From: Neoechinorhynchus agilis
Lineage: Eukaryota > Animalia > Acanthocephala
Assembly: GCA_051530055.1 (NCBI GenBank)
Contig: CM121343.1
Span: 590,389-654,388, forward strand
Direction of reading: 5' to 3'
DNA: 64,000 nt
Under the pieces are notes generated by a model. That model made no database searches. It saw nothing but the letters and a program-made list of their open reading frames with translations, and had not been told where the DNA came from. The position numbers and the translations under genes are program-made. Below, one piece after another: positions 1 to 11,579 of the stretch. Position 1 is the stretch's first letter; every line of letters starts with the position of its first letter.

Positions 1-903
1 GATATCGTTTTGTAAATAGTGCTTTTTCCTTTTTCTTTAGGAAATTCATATACTGTAGTTATGCAGGGTGATTCTGGCATCTCAACTAGGTTTGCTATTG
101 ATTTTAATTAACAATCCATAAAAAGTAAGAATGTCTTTGTTAATTTTATCAAATTTGGTCGTTATTACTCTTAAAATGTTGGTGCGTTCCTTGATCAGAA
201 AATGCGTAATTATGGATTTGAAGATATCGTTTTGTAAATAGTACTTTTTCCTTTTTCTTTAGGAAATTCATATACTGTAGTTATGCAAGCTGATTCTGGC
301 ATCTCAACTAGGTTCGCTATTGATTTTAATTAACAATCCATAAAAAGTAAGAATGTTTTTGCTAATTTTATCTAATTTGGTCGTTATTACTCTTAAAATG
401 TTGGCACGTTCCTTGATCACAAAATGCGTAATTATGGATTTGAGGATATCGTTTTGTAAATAGTGCTTTTTTCTTTTTCTTTAGGAAATTCATATACTGT
501 AGTTATGCAGGATTATTCTGGCATCTCAACTAGGTTTGCTATTGATTTTAATTAACAATCCATAAAAAGTAAGAATGTCTTTGTTATTTTTATCTAATTT
601 GGTCGTTTTTACTCTTAAAATGTTGGCACGTTCCTTGATCACAAAATGCGTAATTATGGATTTGGGGATATCGTTTTGTAAATAGTGCTTTTTTCTTTTT
701 CTTTAGGAAATTCAAATACTGTAATTATGCTGGAGATTCTGGCATCTCAACTAGGTTTGCTATTGATTTTGATTAACAATCCATAAAAAGGAAGAATGTC
801 TTTGTTAATTTTATCAAATTTGGTCGTTACTCTTAAAGTATTGGCGCGTTCCTTGATCACTCAATGCGTAATTATGGATTTGAGGATATCGTTTTGTAAA
901 TAG
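1..903. repeat. 222-bp AT-rich tandem repeat, >=4 copies, truncated by the window start
   Basis: GATATCGTTTTGTAAATAGT recurs at 1, 223, 445, 667 and 885. Confidence 0.95.
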
Positions 904-1221
904 TACAACGATTTATTAAGGAAAATTCTACATTTGAGAGCGATTTGCAACCGCATTTATGTCCGTTATTGCGGTTTCAAGTCGTGTTGCAAATGTTGTC
1001 GTATCGTGTTATGAGATCTATTGATGATGAATTTGGCAATCAAAACGTTTATAAACATTCTTTGGCGTTGGGTTATTGTCTTCGAATTAAAAGATACGTC
1101 ATTTTGGTACTTATAACACCCGTAGGCTTTCAATTGAATAATTTATTGCCGATTTTTCACGTCTGATAATTCCTACATTATTGAGGTTTCATAAATTACT
1201 TTCAAAATTTACGATCGCAAA

Positions 1222-3300
1222 TTGCGAAACGCAACAAAAACAAGTTCCGCTGAAGCCATGGATGTAGATCAGGCACAAACCGAAACAGGTGACGACAACT
1301 CGTCACGGATCAACAGGCGTCGACCTTTACGTACCGATTGCAATGACGTCAATCCAACGTCACCGTTGACGACGATCTATCCACCTGACTCAAACTCAGA
1401 CTCTTCCTCCCAGACGACAATTGATTCCAACCACCCAAAGGTCTCGAAAGCAAGTGGATCGAATGCGACCGAAGACCAGTGGATCTCGAATGGTATATTT
1501 CGCGAGGTGAGAGCGCCACCCTCATCGTCGGAAACTATACGTCACTTCCTGACGGAAACCGAATCTCCTGCCATTAAATACGACCAAAAGGATAACGACC
1601 TAGCCCCCGCCTCATCTTCATGCCCGATATGCAGAAAGACTTTCCAAATCACTAAAGGGGGCCTTGTCAGAACTCACGGCCCGATTTCCTGCCAAAGCCC
1701 AGAATCTAAACATCCTCCTGATTCAGTGAAGTCCGAGATTGAGAAAAGCGCATTCCCCGACCCGTTGCCTAGTGCTACACATTCCCCATCGTATAGCTCG
1801 TATCGGCTCCCCCAAGTAGGATCCTAAAGAGGATCCTCAAGAGGATCCTTAAAGGTGCCCGTTGCTAAGTCGCCACGGCCTATGCGGAGAAACTATCCCA
1901 GGCAACTGATTGTGACTCCGACCTGGCATGGAAACAACTTTTCGCGTTCCCGCGTTTGGTATTAAGTGTGGACGACTTGACACCGGACAAAAACCTCACC
2001 ACGTCGATTAAAAACGTATCCTGAACTTCAAAGACATCTTTGACGATTGAACAATTGATAGGAGCCTGTCAACGCGGGGTCGGTGTGCCGCTCCACTTGG
2101 AGATGCGGCAGCGAACGGGAGCAACAAAATCCAGCAGTGCAACGGGAAAAAGCGAGGGCATCGTTGCTCTCGCCGACTACCAAAACCTACTTTGCCTCCA
2201 ACAAAGCATTTATCATGTATCGGAGGCGCTGACAGCCGTGAGCCCTTTGGCCCAGATTTTTCACATAGAGGAGGACTACGAATCGGATCCTTGAATTGTA
2301 GGAGTATGCGAGCGCAATGGCGTAGGTGAACCCTGGCCAAATTGGCAAGGGACGCCAGAATGGATCTTGTGTTTTTACAAGAATTGCGCATAAGAGGCCA
2401 GTCAGACACAGACGTAAATCAGGAGGATTTAAGAGGAGGCTGGTCATTATGTTCCCTATCTGCGGGCAGTCGAGGAAATGGAGATGTAGGCGTTTGTTTA
2501 TCACCCCGCCTCTGAAACTCAGCACTATGCAGTACTATAACTGACCGAATCCTTCGTGTCAGCATAAAGCTTCGGTCGAGAAATCTCTATGCTTTTGGCA
2601 AGATGCCAGCGGGACTGCGTTCAACCAAGCACCTGATTCTCTAGTGGAGACTGCCAACAACCTGGCACGGACAACGTCGTCGCTTGAATCTGATAAGAAA
2701 GAGAGCTTTGAACTCTTGCGACGATAGGTCGATCCAACACAGATTGCTCGGAGTTAGTCAGTTTACACCACTCACTGATTCCCTCTTCAAAATGCCTATC
2801 AAGACGATACGTATCTTTCAAAATGCGCTGAACTGCGTTTCTGCTTCCCTCATTGGAGTCGAAAAGTGCGGGCAGGGATATGTCTTCAGTTTTCCGGATG
2901 CCCAAACGGCCAGAAGATACAAGCAAAGATGCTTGTCGCCATACTTCTTCTGACAGCTGGAAATTTAAAACTTGCTTGAGACGGTCTTTCAATCTGTCAT
3001 CTATCTTGCGAAGCTGAACCTTGTGCTTGAAAAACGGACAACGATGCTCTATATGTCCTTCCTAATCAAATGGACATTGTTTGCGATTTTTATGGCTCGT
3101 TTGAAGATGTTTCCTGCAAACCTACAAAGCAGGTTGATAAAAGAGGCTTTGCTCATTGGCATGGAGGACACAATGGAAGGGAACAAGAGCAATCATGCTC
3201 TAAGACTTCCAACGAGGAATCTCCATGGGTCGTCCGTGCAGGGGTGAGACATCACCTCGGGAATCGACGGTCCAGCGCACCCGAGTCAAGGCAGCCAACT
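1222..3300 (+). mobile_element. Degenerate CRE-like (restriction-like-endonuclease clade) non-LTR retrotransposon; 3' part inverted
   Basis: Plus strand: CPICRKTFQITKGGLVRTHGP zinc-finger-like motif and KGARC.VATAYAEKL..AWKQLFAFPRLVL. Minus strand 2621-2992: WRQASL..SSGRLGIR and ESGAWLNAVP. Many stops and frameshifts. Confidence 0.7.
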
Positions 3301-4589
3301 TAGGTACCCCCACCACATCCATTTTTAGGTGCTTGAGAAGGAGGCTGAGGCTTTGAAAATTCGCAATGAAGAGTTCAATAAAGTTCGAGTGTGTTACAAT
3401 TCGCCATTGAGAATAACTTTTAATGTGATTGGTTTATTAAAACTAAAGTATTTGTAATTTTATAATCTCATTGGATGATGTAATTTTTAACAATTCTTTT
3501 AAAAATATACATTCGTATTAGATTTTTCCCGAGATAACGGTGGGCTGGGTTTTACAATATGTACACAAGCGTTTTCAGGAATTTAAACATGCTCTAAAAG
3601 ATTATAGTAGGGTACTGTCCAGGTCGGTCAAATGATAACTTGAACTTCTTTAAGTGTATACTATTAATTAAACGAAAATTGATAGAATTAACGGAAGATT
3701 TCTAGGAACAAATTTCCATGTAAAATTGAATAAATGGAATTTTGATGGACCCTAAACTAGAGGATGGAACCTTACTTCAAATCCGCCGTTTCCATTTTAT
3801 CCGTGCGTTATAATACCTGAGCACGATTAGTGATCTCGCCGTATGAGTGGTGAATAGTTCAATTTCCATCTTGTGATCTGAGCAAGCTTAAGGGCCACGC
3901 CCAGATAAAATCTCTGTCGGTTTCCATTAAATTGTGGATAGGTAGTATAAAGTTCCTCGATATTACGCTTCCAAATTATTTACTTGACTCCTGTTGATTT
4001 GCCACTTAAGTAGGTCGATGCAGTTGTTAGTAAGGGTATTCGTTAGAATGTCACTCCATAAGCTATTTATATGAAATAATCGCGACTTTAAATTGAGATT
4101 AAAATATATCCTACATAGAGCTAAAATATTAGTTTTTATCATGGAATGAAATTTTCCTTTACGCCTTGAAAACTGAAGCTACAAGGGTTTTTCTCTATAT
4201 TTTTCTCCGGCGGTGGGCACACAAAAAAACCCAGAAAAAGCTGCACTTCAATGCACATCTGCAAATTCCAAAGAACTCCTAAGAACCACATTTTCTGTTA
4301 GATTAACATTGAAGAATAAAAATGTACATAAGGCATGGGAAGACCCGTTCCATATCGTCTAAGTTTTCACCGGAAATGATAAATATTTGCATCTTATTTT
4401 ACAAGAATCAAGGAATACAAACAATTATGTTTTTGGGATAGAATATGTGCACATTGGTTGTGACATTATGTAAATGAACACAAAGCTTACAAGACTTTGG
4501 TAGTGTAAGCCGAAAGGTAGTAATACAACCAATCGCTGCACGACACCTTCAATCCCTGCCAAAATAGTTCCAAGTTTTAATGAGAATAG

Positions 4590-5420
4590 ATGACCTGATT
4601 CGAATTCAAAATCGATATGCCGATGGGAAGAGTCACTACAACGAATCCTTACTAATCTCATAAAAAATTACATATTCAAATTTAGGCTACTGTATACAGC
4701 CTTAGTAGAAAATAGCGAAGCAAGCCATATTGTGGACATTGATAAAAACCCTCTTAGTTCATTTAATATTTAAAAATGTTTTTTGGTAGAATTACGTCAA
4801 TGGAAATAGAAAATTATGTTGTCTTCATAAAGCATAAATTTTCAATTTTATCCAAATCGTTGGCTATTAATGTTTTGAGCTACTGAATTATTTGATAGTT
4901 TCTAACGAGTGGTGCAAGATGAGATTTTAACAATACGCAACTGAATTATAGGCACACAGCTCACCAATTTCGGTCAGGGAAATAATGGTTTGCGCTCATT
5001 GCAGATAAACGTACAGTTATAAGCTTGTACATCCCTCCAGATTCTCAGATACCTCCAGGAGGCGGGATCCCGTCTATAAATTACTGAAATAATTTACTGA
5101 TTTCGGTTAGTCCTAACCTTATCAACAATAGTTCCTTAATTTCACCTGTGGAAGGCATTTAATAAGTGATTCGATTTTTTGAGTGGTATGTTGATCAAGT
5201 GTTCATATACATTTACAATCATTACATGTTCCTTTGTCGTTACTTTGTTGACCCCATTTCTTATGATCTGATTCGAATTTAAAATCGATATGTCGATGGG
5301 AAGAGCTACCACAACGAACCCTTACTAATCTCATAAAAAATTACATATTCAAATTTACGCTACTGTATATTAGGGCCTTAGTAGAAAATAGCGAAGCGGG
5401 TAATATTGCGGACATTGCTA
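4590..5420. repeat. Pair of ~160-bp direct repeats (4590-4745 and 5262-5420)
   Basis: ATGAyCTGATTCGAATTyAAAATCGATATGyCGATGGGAAGAG...CTTACTAATCTCATAAAAAATTACATATTCAAATTT occurs twice. Confidence 0.85.
4940..5075 (-). repeat. Truncated copy of the tRNA-headed hammerhead repeat family (cleavage strand only)
   Basis: ATTCTCAGATACCTCCAGGAGGCGGGA matches the copies at 38051 and 43461. Confidence 0.7.
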
Positions 5421-5760
5421 GAAACGGGTTTAACGAACACGGAATGGACTACTACTCCCGTTCGAGACGAGTTGTTACATTTGGGTACTTTTGGTCCGAA
5501 TATTGAAAATGTTGTATGAGTAATTTTTTAAAGGTTTGCTAAATTTGTGATCAATTGATTATTTTCTAGAGGCCCGAATTCAAGGTAAAAATAATTCCAT
5601 CGGAAACAATTTTTATAAAATTACTCATATAAATAAAGAAAAATTTCGAAGAGAAAATCAACTCCGCGTAAACATAAAATCTATTCCGTCATATATCATT
5701 GTCTTCGGGGTGAATTTGATTTTTTGTCGATAGGAGAAAATAAATGAAATTAAGATTTTA

Positions 5761-5800
5761 TTGGATATTTCGATCCACTATCTCGGATCTTCTTCAGTGA
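5761..5800 (-). ncRNA. Degenerate minimal hammerhead motif (Penelope-type)
   Basis: Minus strand: CUGAAGA-A-GAUCC-(8 nt)-GGAUC-GAAA-UAUC; stem I does not pair. Confidence 0.45.
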
Positions 5801-5890
5801 TTGTTTCCGAAGAAAAATTCGACAAAACGTTAATTTGAATGTACGTTGGCGAATCCTGTCCACGGTGTTATCGATACTCATTTATTAATT

Positions 5891-5930
5891 GCGAAATATT
5901 TCACAAGGTTTTCCTTGCCTCTTCAGTCGC
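5891..5930 (-). ncRNA. Minimal type I hammerhead ribozyme in Penelope pLTR (left arm)
   Basis: GCGA-CUGAAGA-G-GCAAGG-AAAA-CCUUGU-GAAA-UAUU-UCGC: 4-bp stem I, 6-bp stem II, palindromic AUAU stem III. Confidence 0.75.
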
Positions 5931-5976
5931 TATCTAAAAAGGAGACGATATAAACAGCATGCAATTCAAGTCATGT

Positions 5977-6046
5977 CTGGATGTAGCTCAGATCCGCGGG
6001 TTTGTTAATACCCGAAGTGTGGGTGGTTCGATCCGCACACACCTCC
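5977..6046 (+). promoter_or_regulatory. tRNA-Ala-like sequence with Pol III A/B boxes inside the Penelope arm (mirror copy 7840-7909, minus strand)
   Basis: GGATGTAGCTCAG (matches the tRNA-Ala 5' end), GGTTCGATCC B box and CACCTCC acceptor-like end with G3:U70-type pairing; no proper anticodon arm. Confidence 0.5.
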
Positions 6047-6682
6047 TGCGGTTTGTTGCCGACTAATTGGTTCGTTATACTGCGCAACTTTGGCAGCACC
6101 AGAGTGTGGTTTGATTTGTTACATTCCATCGTCTGATTGCCCCGGATGTGAATGGGCTCAAGAATCAGTATTTTCTTAGATCAGGTTCGCTGGATAAGAA
6201 TGCTGTTTTTCCAAAATCCACCTTGTGCTGCGTTGTTTGCTGGTAGTTCGAGATTGCTGAGGGTTTGTCGAAAGTCCTACAAGCAAGCCTGTTTATGCTG
6301 CGAGATCCCTTTCTTGATTCCTTGCATAGTTTGTCAAATGTAGACCTTTGAGCATTCTGCACATGGAATTTTGTAGATCCCTGATTTAATCTCTTGATTG
6401 TTTTTCCTCTTGAGAATACTTGCAATGGATGCGCCCGTTTGTTGTAAATCAAAAGATATTGAGCGAGGTACTTGAGGCGCCTCAGTTTTCTGGTCGCAGT
6501 GTCACTTATGTGGTGAAAGCCGGTGTATTTGAGGGAGTTGCTTGTGGTATCCTTCTTGCGATGGTCGCTAGGTGTTGCTTTTTTGAAGCCGATTTTGATG
6601 GCCCATTCAAGGAAGCCTCGTGATCAGAGAACTTTGGTGATACTTTGTTTTTCTTCTTCCCAATACCTGCTAGCTGAAGAAA

Positions 6683-7316
6683 TCATCCTGGCCCTCTTGA
6701 AGTATAGAACGTTACCGCTATGATTTTATAGTGGAACGGTTGGTGGTTCGACCAGTGAGGTGGACCCCATGGTATACCTGGCTTACGGTAAAGCTGTGTT
6801 TTGATGTTGCCTTTATCATCGTGTTTTATCCTTGCGTCCAAAAAGGAGATAGCGCCCTCTTCGTTTTCCTGAGTCATTGACCACTGGATGTTGTGATCCT
6901 CCATGTTGAGTGCAATGCTTAAGTCTCCCATGCTTGTTTCATCATCAGTGACTATGAGCACATCGTCAACATAGCCATACCACTTTTTGATGTTGGATTG
7001 CTTCTTCAAGTTGTTTTCCCATTTTCTCATGTAGAGAGCTTCTAGAGTGGGTGCCAGAGGTGAACCCATTGCTACTCCTCGCGTTGTTCATAGAAAACTT
7101 GATCGAATTCAAAAACGGTCTTGCATGTTCACCACTGCAGTAGAGTTATCCACGTTTTATGATCAAGGCGCGGTTCTTCGCATTGATTGTGTACAAGTTC
7201 AGCTGCTATGGAAATTGTTTCTTGGAGTTGAATGTTCATAAATAAGGACGTCACGTCGGCCGTGAAAATTTTGCACTGATCATACTTTTCCAGTCGCATT
7301 CGGATTGCAAAGGAAC
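6683..7316 (-). pseudogene. Penelope-type reverse transcriptase fragment with stop and frameshift
   Basis: ADVTSLFMNI, F.FDQVFYEQ, MGSPLAP, YVDD, FLD, LYRKP motifs. Confidence 0.85.
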
Positions 7317-7955
7317 GACTATCGCAAGAAGAAGGATACCACAAGCAACTCCCTCAAATACACCGGCTTTCACCACATAAGTGACACTGCGACCAGAAAA
7401 CTGAGGCGCCTCAAGTACCTCGCTCCAAATCTTTTGATTTACAACAAACGGGCGCATCCATTGCAAGTATTCTCAAGAGGAAAAACAATCAAGAGATTAA
7501 ATCAGGGATCTACAAAATTCCATGTGCAGAATGCTCAAAGGTCTACATTTGACAAACTATGCAAGGAATCAAGAAAGGGATCTCGCAGCATAAACAGGCT
7601 TGCTTGTAGGACTTTCGACAAACCCTCAGCAGTCTCGAACTACCAGCAAACAACGCAGCACAAGGTGGATTTTGGAAAAACAGCATTCTTATCCAGCGAA
7701 CCTGATCTAAGAAAATACTGATTCTTGAGCCCATTCACATCCGGGGCAATCAGACGATGGAATGTAACAAATCAAACCACACTCTGGTGCTGCCAAAGTT
7801 GCGCAGTATAACGAACCAATTAGTCGGCAACAAACCGCAGGAGGTGTGTGCGGATCGAACCACCCACACTTCGGGTATTAACAAACCCGCGGATCTGAGC
7901 TACATCCAGACATGACTTGAATTGCATGCTGTTTATATCGTCTCCTTTTTAGATA

Positions 7956-7995
7956 GCGACTGAAGAGGCAAGGAAAACCTTGTGAAATATTTCGC
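7956..7995 (+). ncRNA. Minimal type I hammerhead ribozyme in Penelope pLTR (right arm)
   Basis: Same motif as 5891-5930; predicted cleavage after 7991. Confidence 0.75.
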
Positions 7996-8189
7996 AATTA
8001 ATAAATGAGTATCGATAACACCGTGGACAGGATTCGCCAACGTACAATAAAATCAATTGTCGAAGCCGAGGAGAATAAAAACTTTTTTAATATCAAATAA
8101 CTGAAAAAATGTTACCACTATAAAATGGATAAAGAACATAATTCTGACTGGTAATTTTCTAATAATCTATTTTTAAGCCCACAAGCTTG

Positions 8190-11100
8190 TTAGAAATCTT
8201 CAAAAGTTCGAACCAAGCTTTTGACTGCCATTTTGAATTGTGTTTAAAAGACCAAACAAAACTTTTGACCACTAAAATCTCCAGCAAAGCACTTGACCAC
8301 TATACGCACCTGTGTTCAAAAGCCCGAACTAAACTTTTGACTGACATTCTCACTTGTGTTCACAAGTTCGAACTTTTGCCTGACCAGATTGACACATCAC
8401 CGTGTCAAAAACAAACTTTTGACTACCATTTTGACCAGTGTTCAAAAGCTCAAACCAAACTTTTGATTGCCATCTTAACTTGTGTTCAAAAGTTCGAACC
8501 AAACTTTTGACTACTAAACCCTCGATCCAAGCACTTGACCACTATACTCACCTGTGTTCAAAAGTTCGAACCAAACTTTTGACTACTAAAACCTCGATCC
8601 AAGAACTTGACCACTATACTCACCTGTGTTCAAAAGTTCGAACAAAATTTTGATTGCCATTATCACCTGTGTTCAAAAGTTCGAACAAAACTTTTGACCA
8701 CTAGAACCCTGAGCCGAGCACTTGACTACTACACTCACCAGTGCTCAATATCCCAAACTAAACTTTTGACTACCATTTTGACCAGTGTTCAAAAGCCTAA
8801 ACCAAACTTTTGATTGCCATCTTAACTTGTGTTCAAAAGTTCGAACCAAACTTTTGGCTGCTAAAACCTCGATCCAAGCACTTGACCACTATACTCACCT
8901 GTGTTCAAAAGTTCGAACAAAACTTTTGACTACTAAAACCTGGATCCAAGCATTTGACCACTATACTCACCTGTGTTCAAAAGTTCGAACAAACTTTTGA
9001 TTGCCATTTTGACCAGTGTTCAAAAGCCAAACCAACTTTTGATTCCATCTTAACTTGTGTTCAAAAGTTCGAACAAACTTTTGCTCTAAACCTCGATCCA
9101 AGCACTTGACCACTATACTCACCTGTGTTCAAAAGTTCGAACAAAATTTTGACTGCCATTATCACCTGTGTTCAAAAGTTCGAACCAAACTTTTGACCAC
9201 TAAAACCCTGAGCCGAGCACTTGACCACTACACTCACCTGTGTTCAATATCCCGAACTAAACTTTTGACTACCATTTTGACCAGTGTTCAAAAGCCCAAA
9301 CCAAACTTTTGATTTCCATCTTAACTTGTGTTCAAAAGTTCGAACAAACTTTTGGCTGCTAAAACCTCGATCCAAGCACTTGACCACTATACTCACCTGT
9401 GTTCAAAAGTTCGAACAAAATTTTGACTGACATTCTCACCTGTGTTCAAAAGTTCGAACCAAACTTTTGACCACTAAAACCCTGAGCCGAGCACTTGACC
9501 ACTACACTCACCTGTGTTCAATATCCCGAACTAAACTTTTGACTACCATTTTGACCAGTGTTCAAAAGCCCAAACCAAACTTTTGATTGCCATCTTAACT
9601 TGTGTTCAAAAGTTCGAACCAAACTTTTGACCACTAAAACCGTGAGCCGAGCACTTGACCACTACACTCACCTGTGTTCAATATCCCGAACTAAACTTTT
9701 GACTACCATTTTGACCAGTGTTCAAAAGCCCAAACCAAACTTTTGATTGCCATCTTAACTTGTGTTCAAAAGTTCGAACAAACTTTTGGCTGCTAAAACC
9801 TCGATCCAAGCACTTGACCACTATACTCACCTGTGTTCAAAAGTTCGAACAAAATTTTGACTGACATTCTCACCTGTGTTCAAAAGTTCGAACCAAACTT
9901 TTGACCACTAAAACCCTGAGCCGAGCACTTGACCACTACACTCACCTGTGTTCAATATCCCGAACTAAACTTTTGACTACCATTTTGACCAGTGTTCAAA
10001 AGCCCAAACCAAACTTTTGATTGCCATCTTAACTTGTGTTCAAAAGTTCGAACCAAACTTTTGACCACTAAAACCGTGAGCCGAGCACTTGACCACTACA
10101 CTCACCTGTGTTCAATATCCCGAACTAAACTTTTGACTACCATTTTGACCAGTGTTCAAAAGCCTAAACCAAACTTTTGATTGCCATCTTAACTTGTGTT
10201 CAAAAGTTCGAACCAAACTTTTGACTACTAAAACCTCGATCCAAGCACTTGACCACTATACTCACCTGTGTTCAAAAGTTCGAACAAAACTTTTGACTAC
10301 TAAAACCTGGATCCAAGCATTTGACCACTATACTCACCTGTGTTCAAAAGTTCGAACAAACTTTTGATTGCCATTATCACCTGTGTTCAAAAGTTCGAAC
10401 GAAACTTTTGACCACTAAAACCCTGAGCCGAGCACTTGACCACTACACTCACCTGTGTTCAATATCCCGAACTAAACTTTTGACTACCATTTTGACCAGT
10501 GTTCAAAAGCCCAAACCAAACTTTTGATTTCCATCTTAACTTGTGTTCAAAAGTTCGAACAAACTTTTGGCTGCTAAAACCTCGATCCAAGCACTTGACC
10601 ACTATACTCACCTGTGTTCAAAAGTTCGAACAAAATTTTGACTGACATTCTCACCTGTGTTCAAAAGTTCGAACCAAACTTTTGACAACTAAAACCCTGA
10701 GCCGAGCACTTGACCACTACACTCACCTGTGTTCAATATCCCGAACTAAACTTTTGACTACCATTTTGACCAGTGTTCAAAAGCCCAAACCAAACTTTTG
10801 ATTGCCATCTTAACTTGTGTTCAAAAGTTCGAACCAAACTTTTGACCACTAAAACCGTGAGCCGAGCACTTGACCACTACACTCACCTGTGTTCAATATC
10901 CCGAACTAAACTTTTGACTACCATTTTGACCAGTGTTCAAAAGCCCAAACCAAACTTTTGATTTCCATCTTAACTTGTGTTCAAAAGTTCGAACAAACTT
11001 TTGGCTGCTAAAACCTCGATCCAAGCACTTGACCACTATACTCACCTGTGTTCAAAAGTTCGAACAAAATTTTGACTGACATTCTCACCTGTGTTCAAAA

Positions 11101-11217
11101 GTTCGAACCAAACTTTTGACCACCAAAAACCCTGAGCCGAGCACTTGACCACTACACTCACCTGTGTTCAATATCCCAAACTAAACTTTTGATTACCATT
11201 TTGACCAGTGTTCAAAG
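8190..11217. repeat. Complex satellite of ~43- and ~72-bp subunits with a palindromic core, arranged in higher-order blocks
   Basis: TGTGTTCAAAAGTTCGAACCAAACTTTTGAC core repeated dozens of times; five linker variants recur in ordered blocks (~160 and ~274 bp). Confidence 0.95.
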
Positions 11218-11579
11218 GCCTATTTCAAAGTCGATTCAAAAGCGCCAGTGTACAGTTAACAATAACTAATTTTATTCGACGCCGCCAAAGTGCATTATAC
11301 GAAATGAATCGGGAAGAATCACATGCGAAGGAACGTAGTAGGTTAGCAATACGGCGCATTGAGGTGGTCTTTCCGTAAATTTATTGGATGTGTATTGCAA
11401 CTTACAAAATATCTTTGATCTGATGGAGTTCAGTGAGGTTGGTTGTTGATATTTGGCTGACGAAGTTGTGAAAAAAAGGTTTTAAATTCCAGTGTTTTTT
11501 TAAATCTAAGTTCGAGTATCAATCTTGACATCGTAGTCTTCTAAAACGTATTGAGTTTAATATATATCCTAATTCATAG

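Larger units (their letters stand above)
5840..8046 (-). mobile_element. 5'-truncated Penelope-like element with ~730-bp inverted duplication of its 3' part (GIY-YIG end plus pLTR)
   Basis: 5840-6570 is the near-perfect reverse complement of 7317-8046. RT motifs lie in the centre. CSKVYI(*)QT..ISQHKQAC..SA..H.VDF GIY-YIG-like segment in both arms; hammerhead in each arm. Confidence 0.85.

Noticed and set aside
3870-3920. Pistol-ribozyme-like TAAGGGCCACG
   Set aside because: No complementary CGTGG strand or other required helices.
8190-11217. CRISPR array or repetitive Cys/His protein
   Set aside because: The spacers are a few recurring variants rather than unique, there are no cas genes, and the context is eukaryotic. 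The ORFs are short by-products of the repeat.
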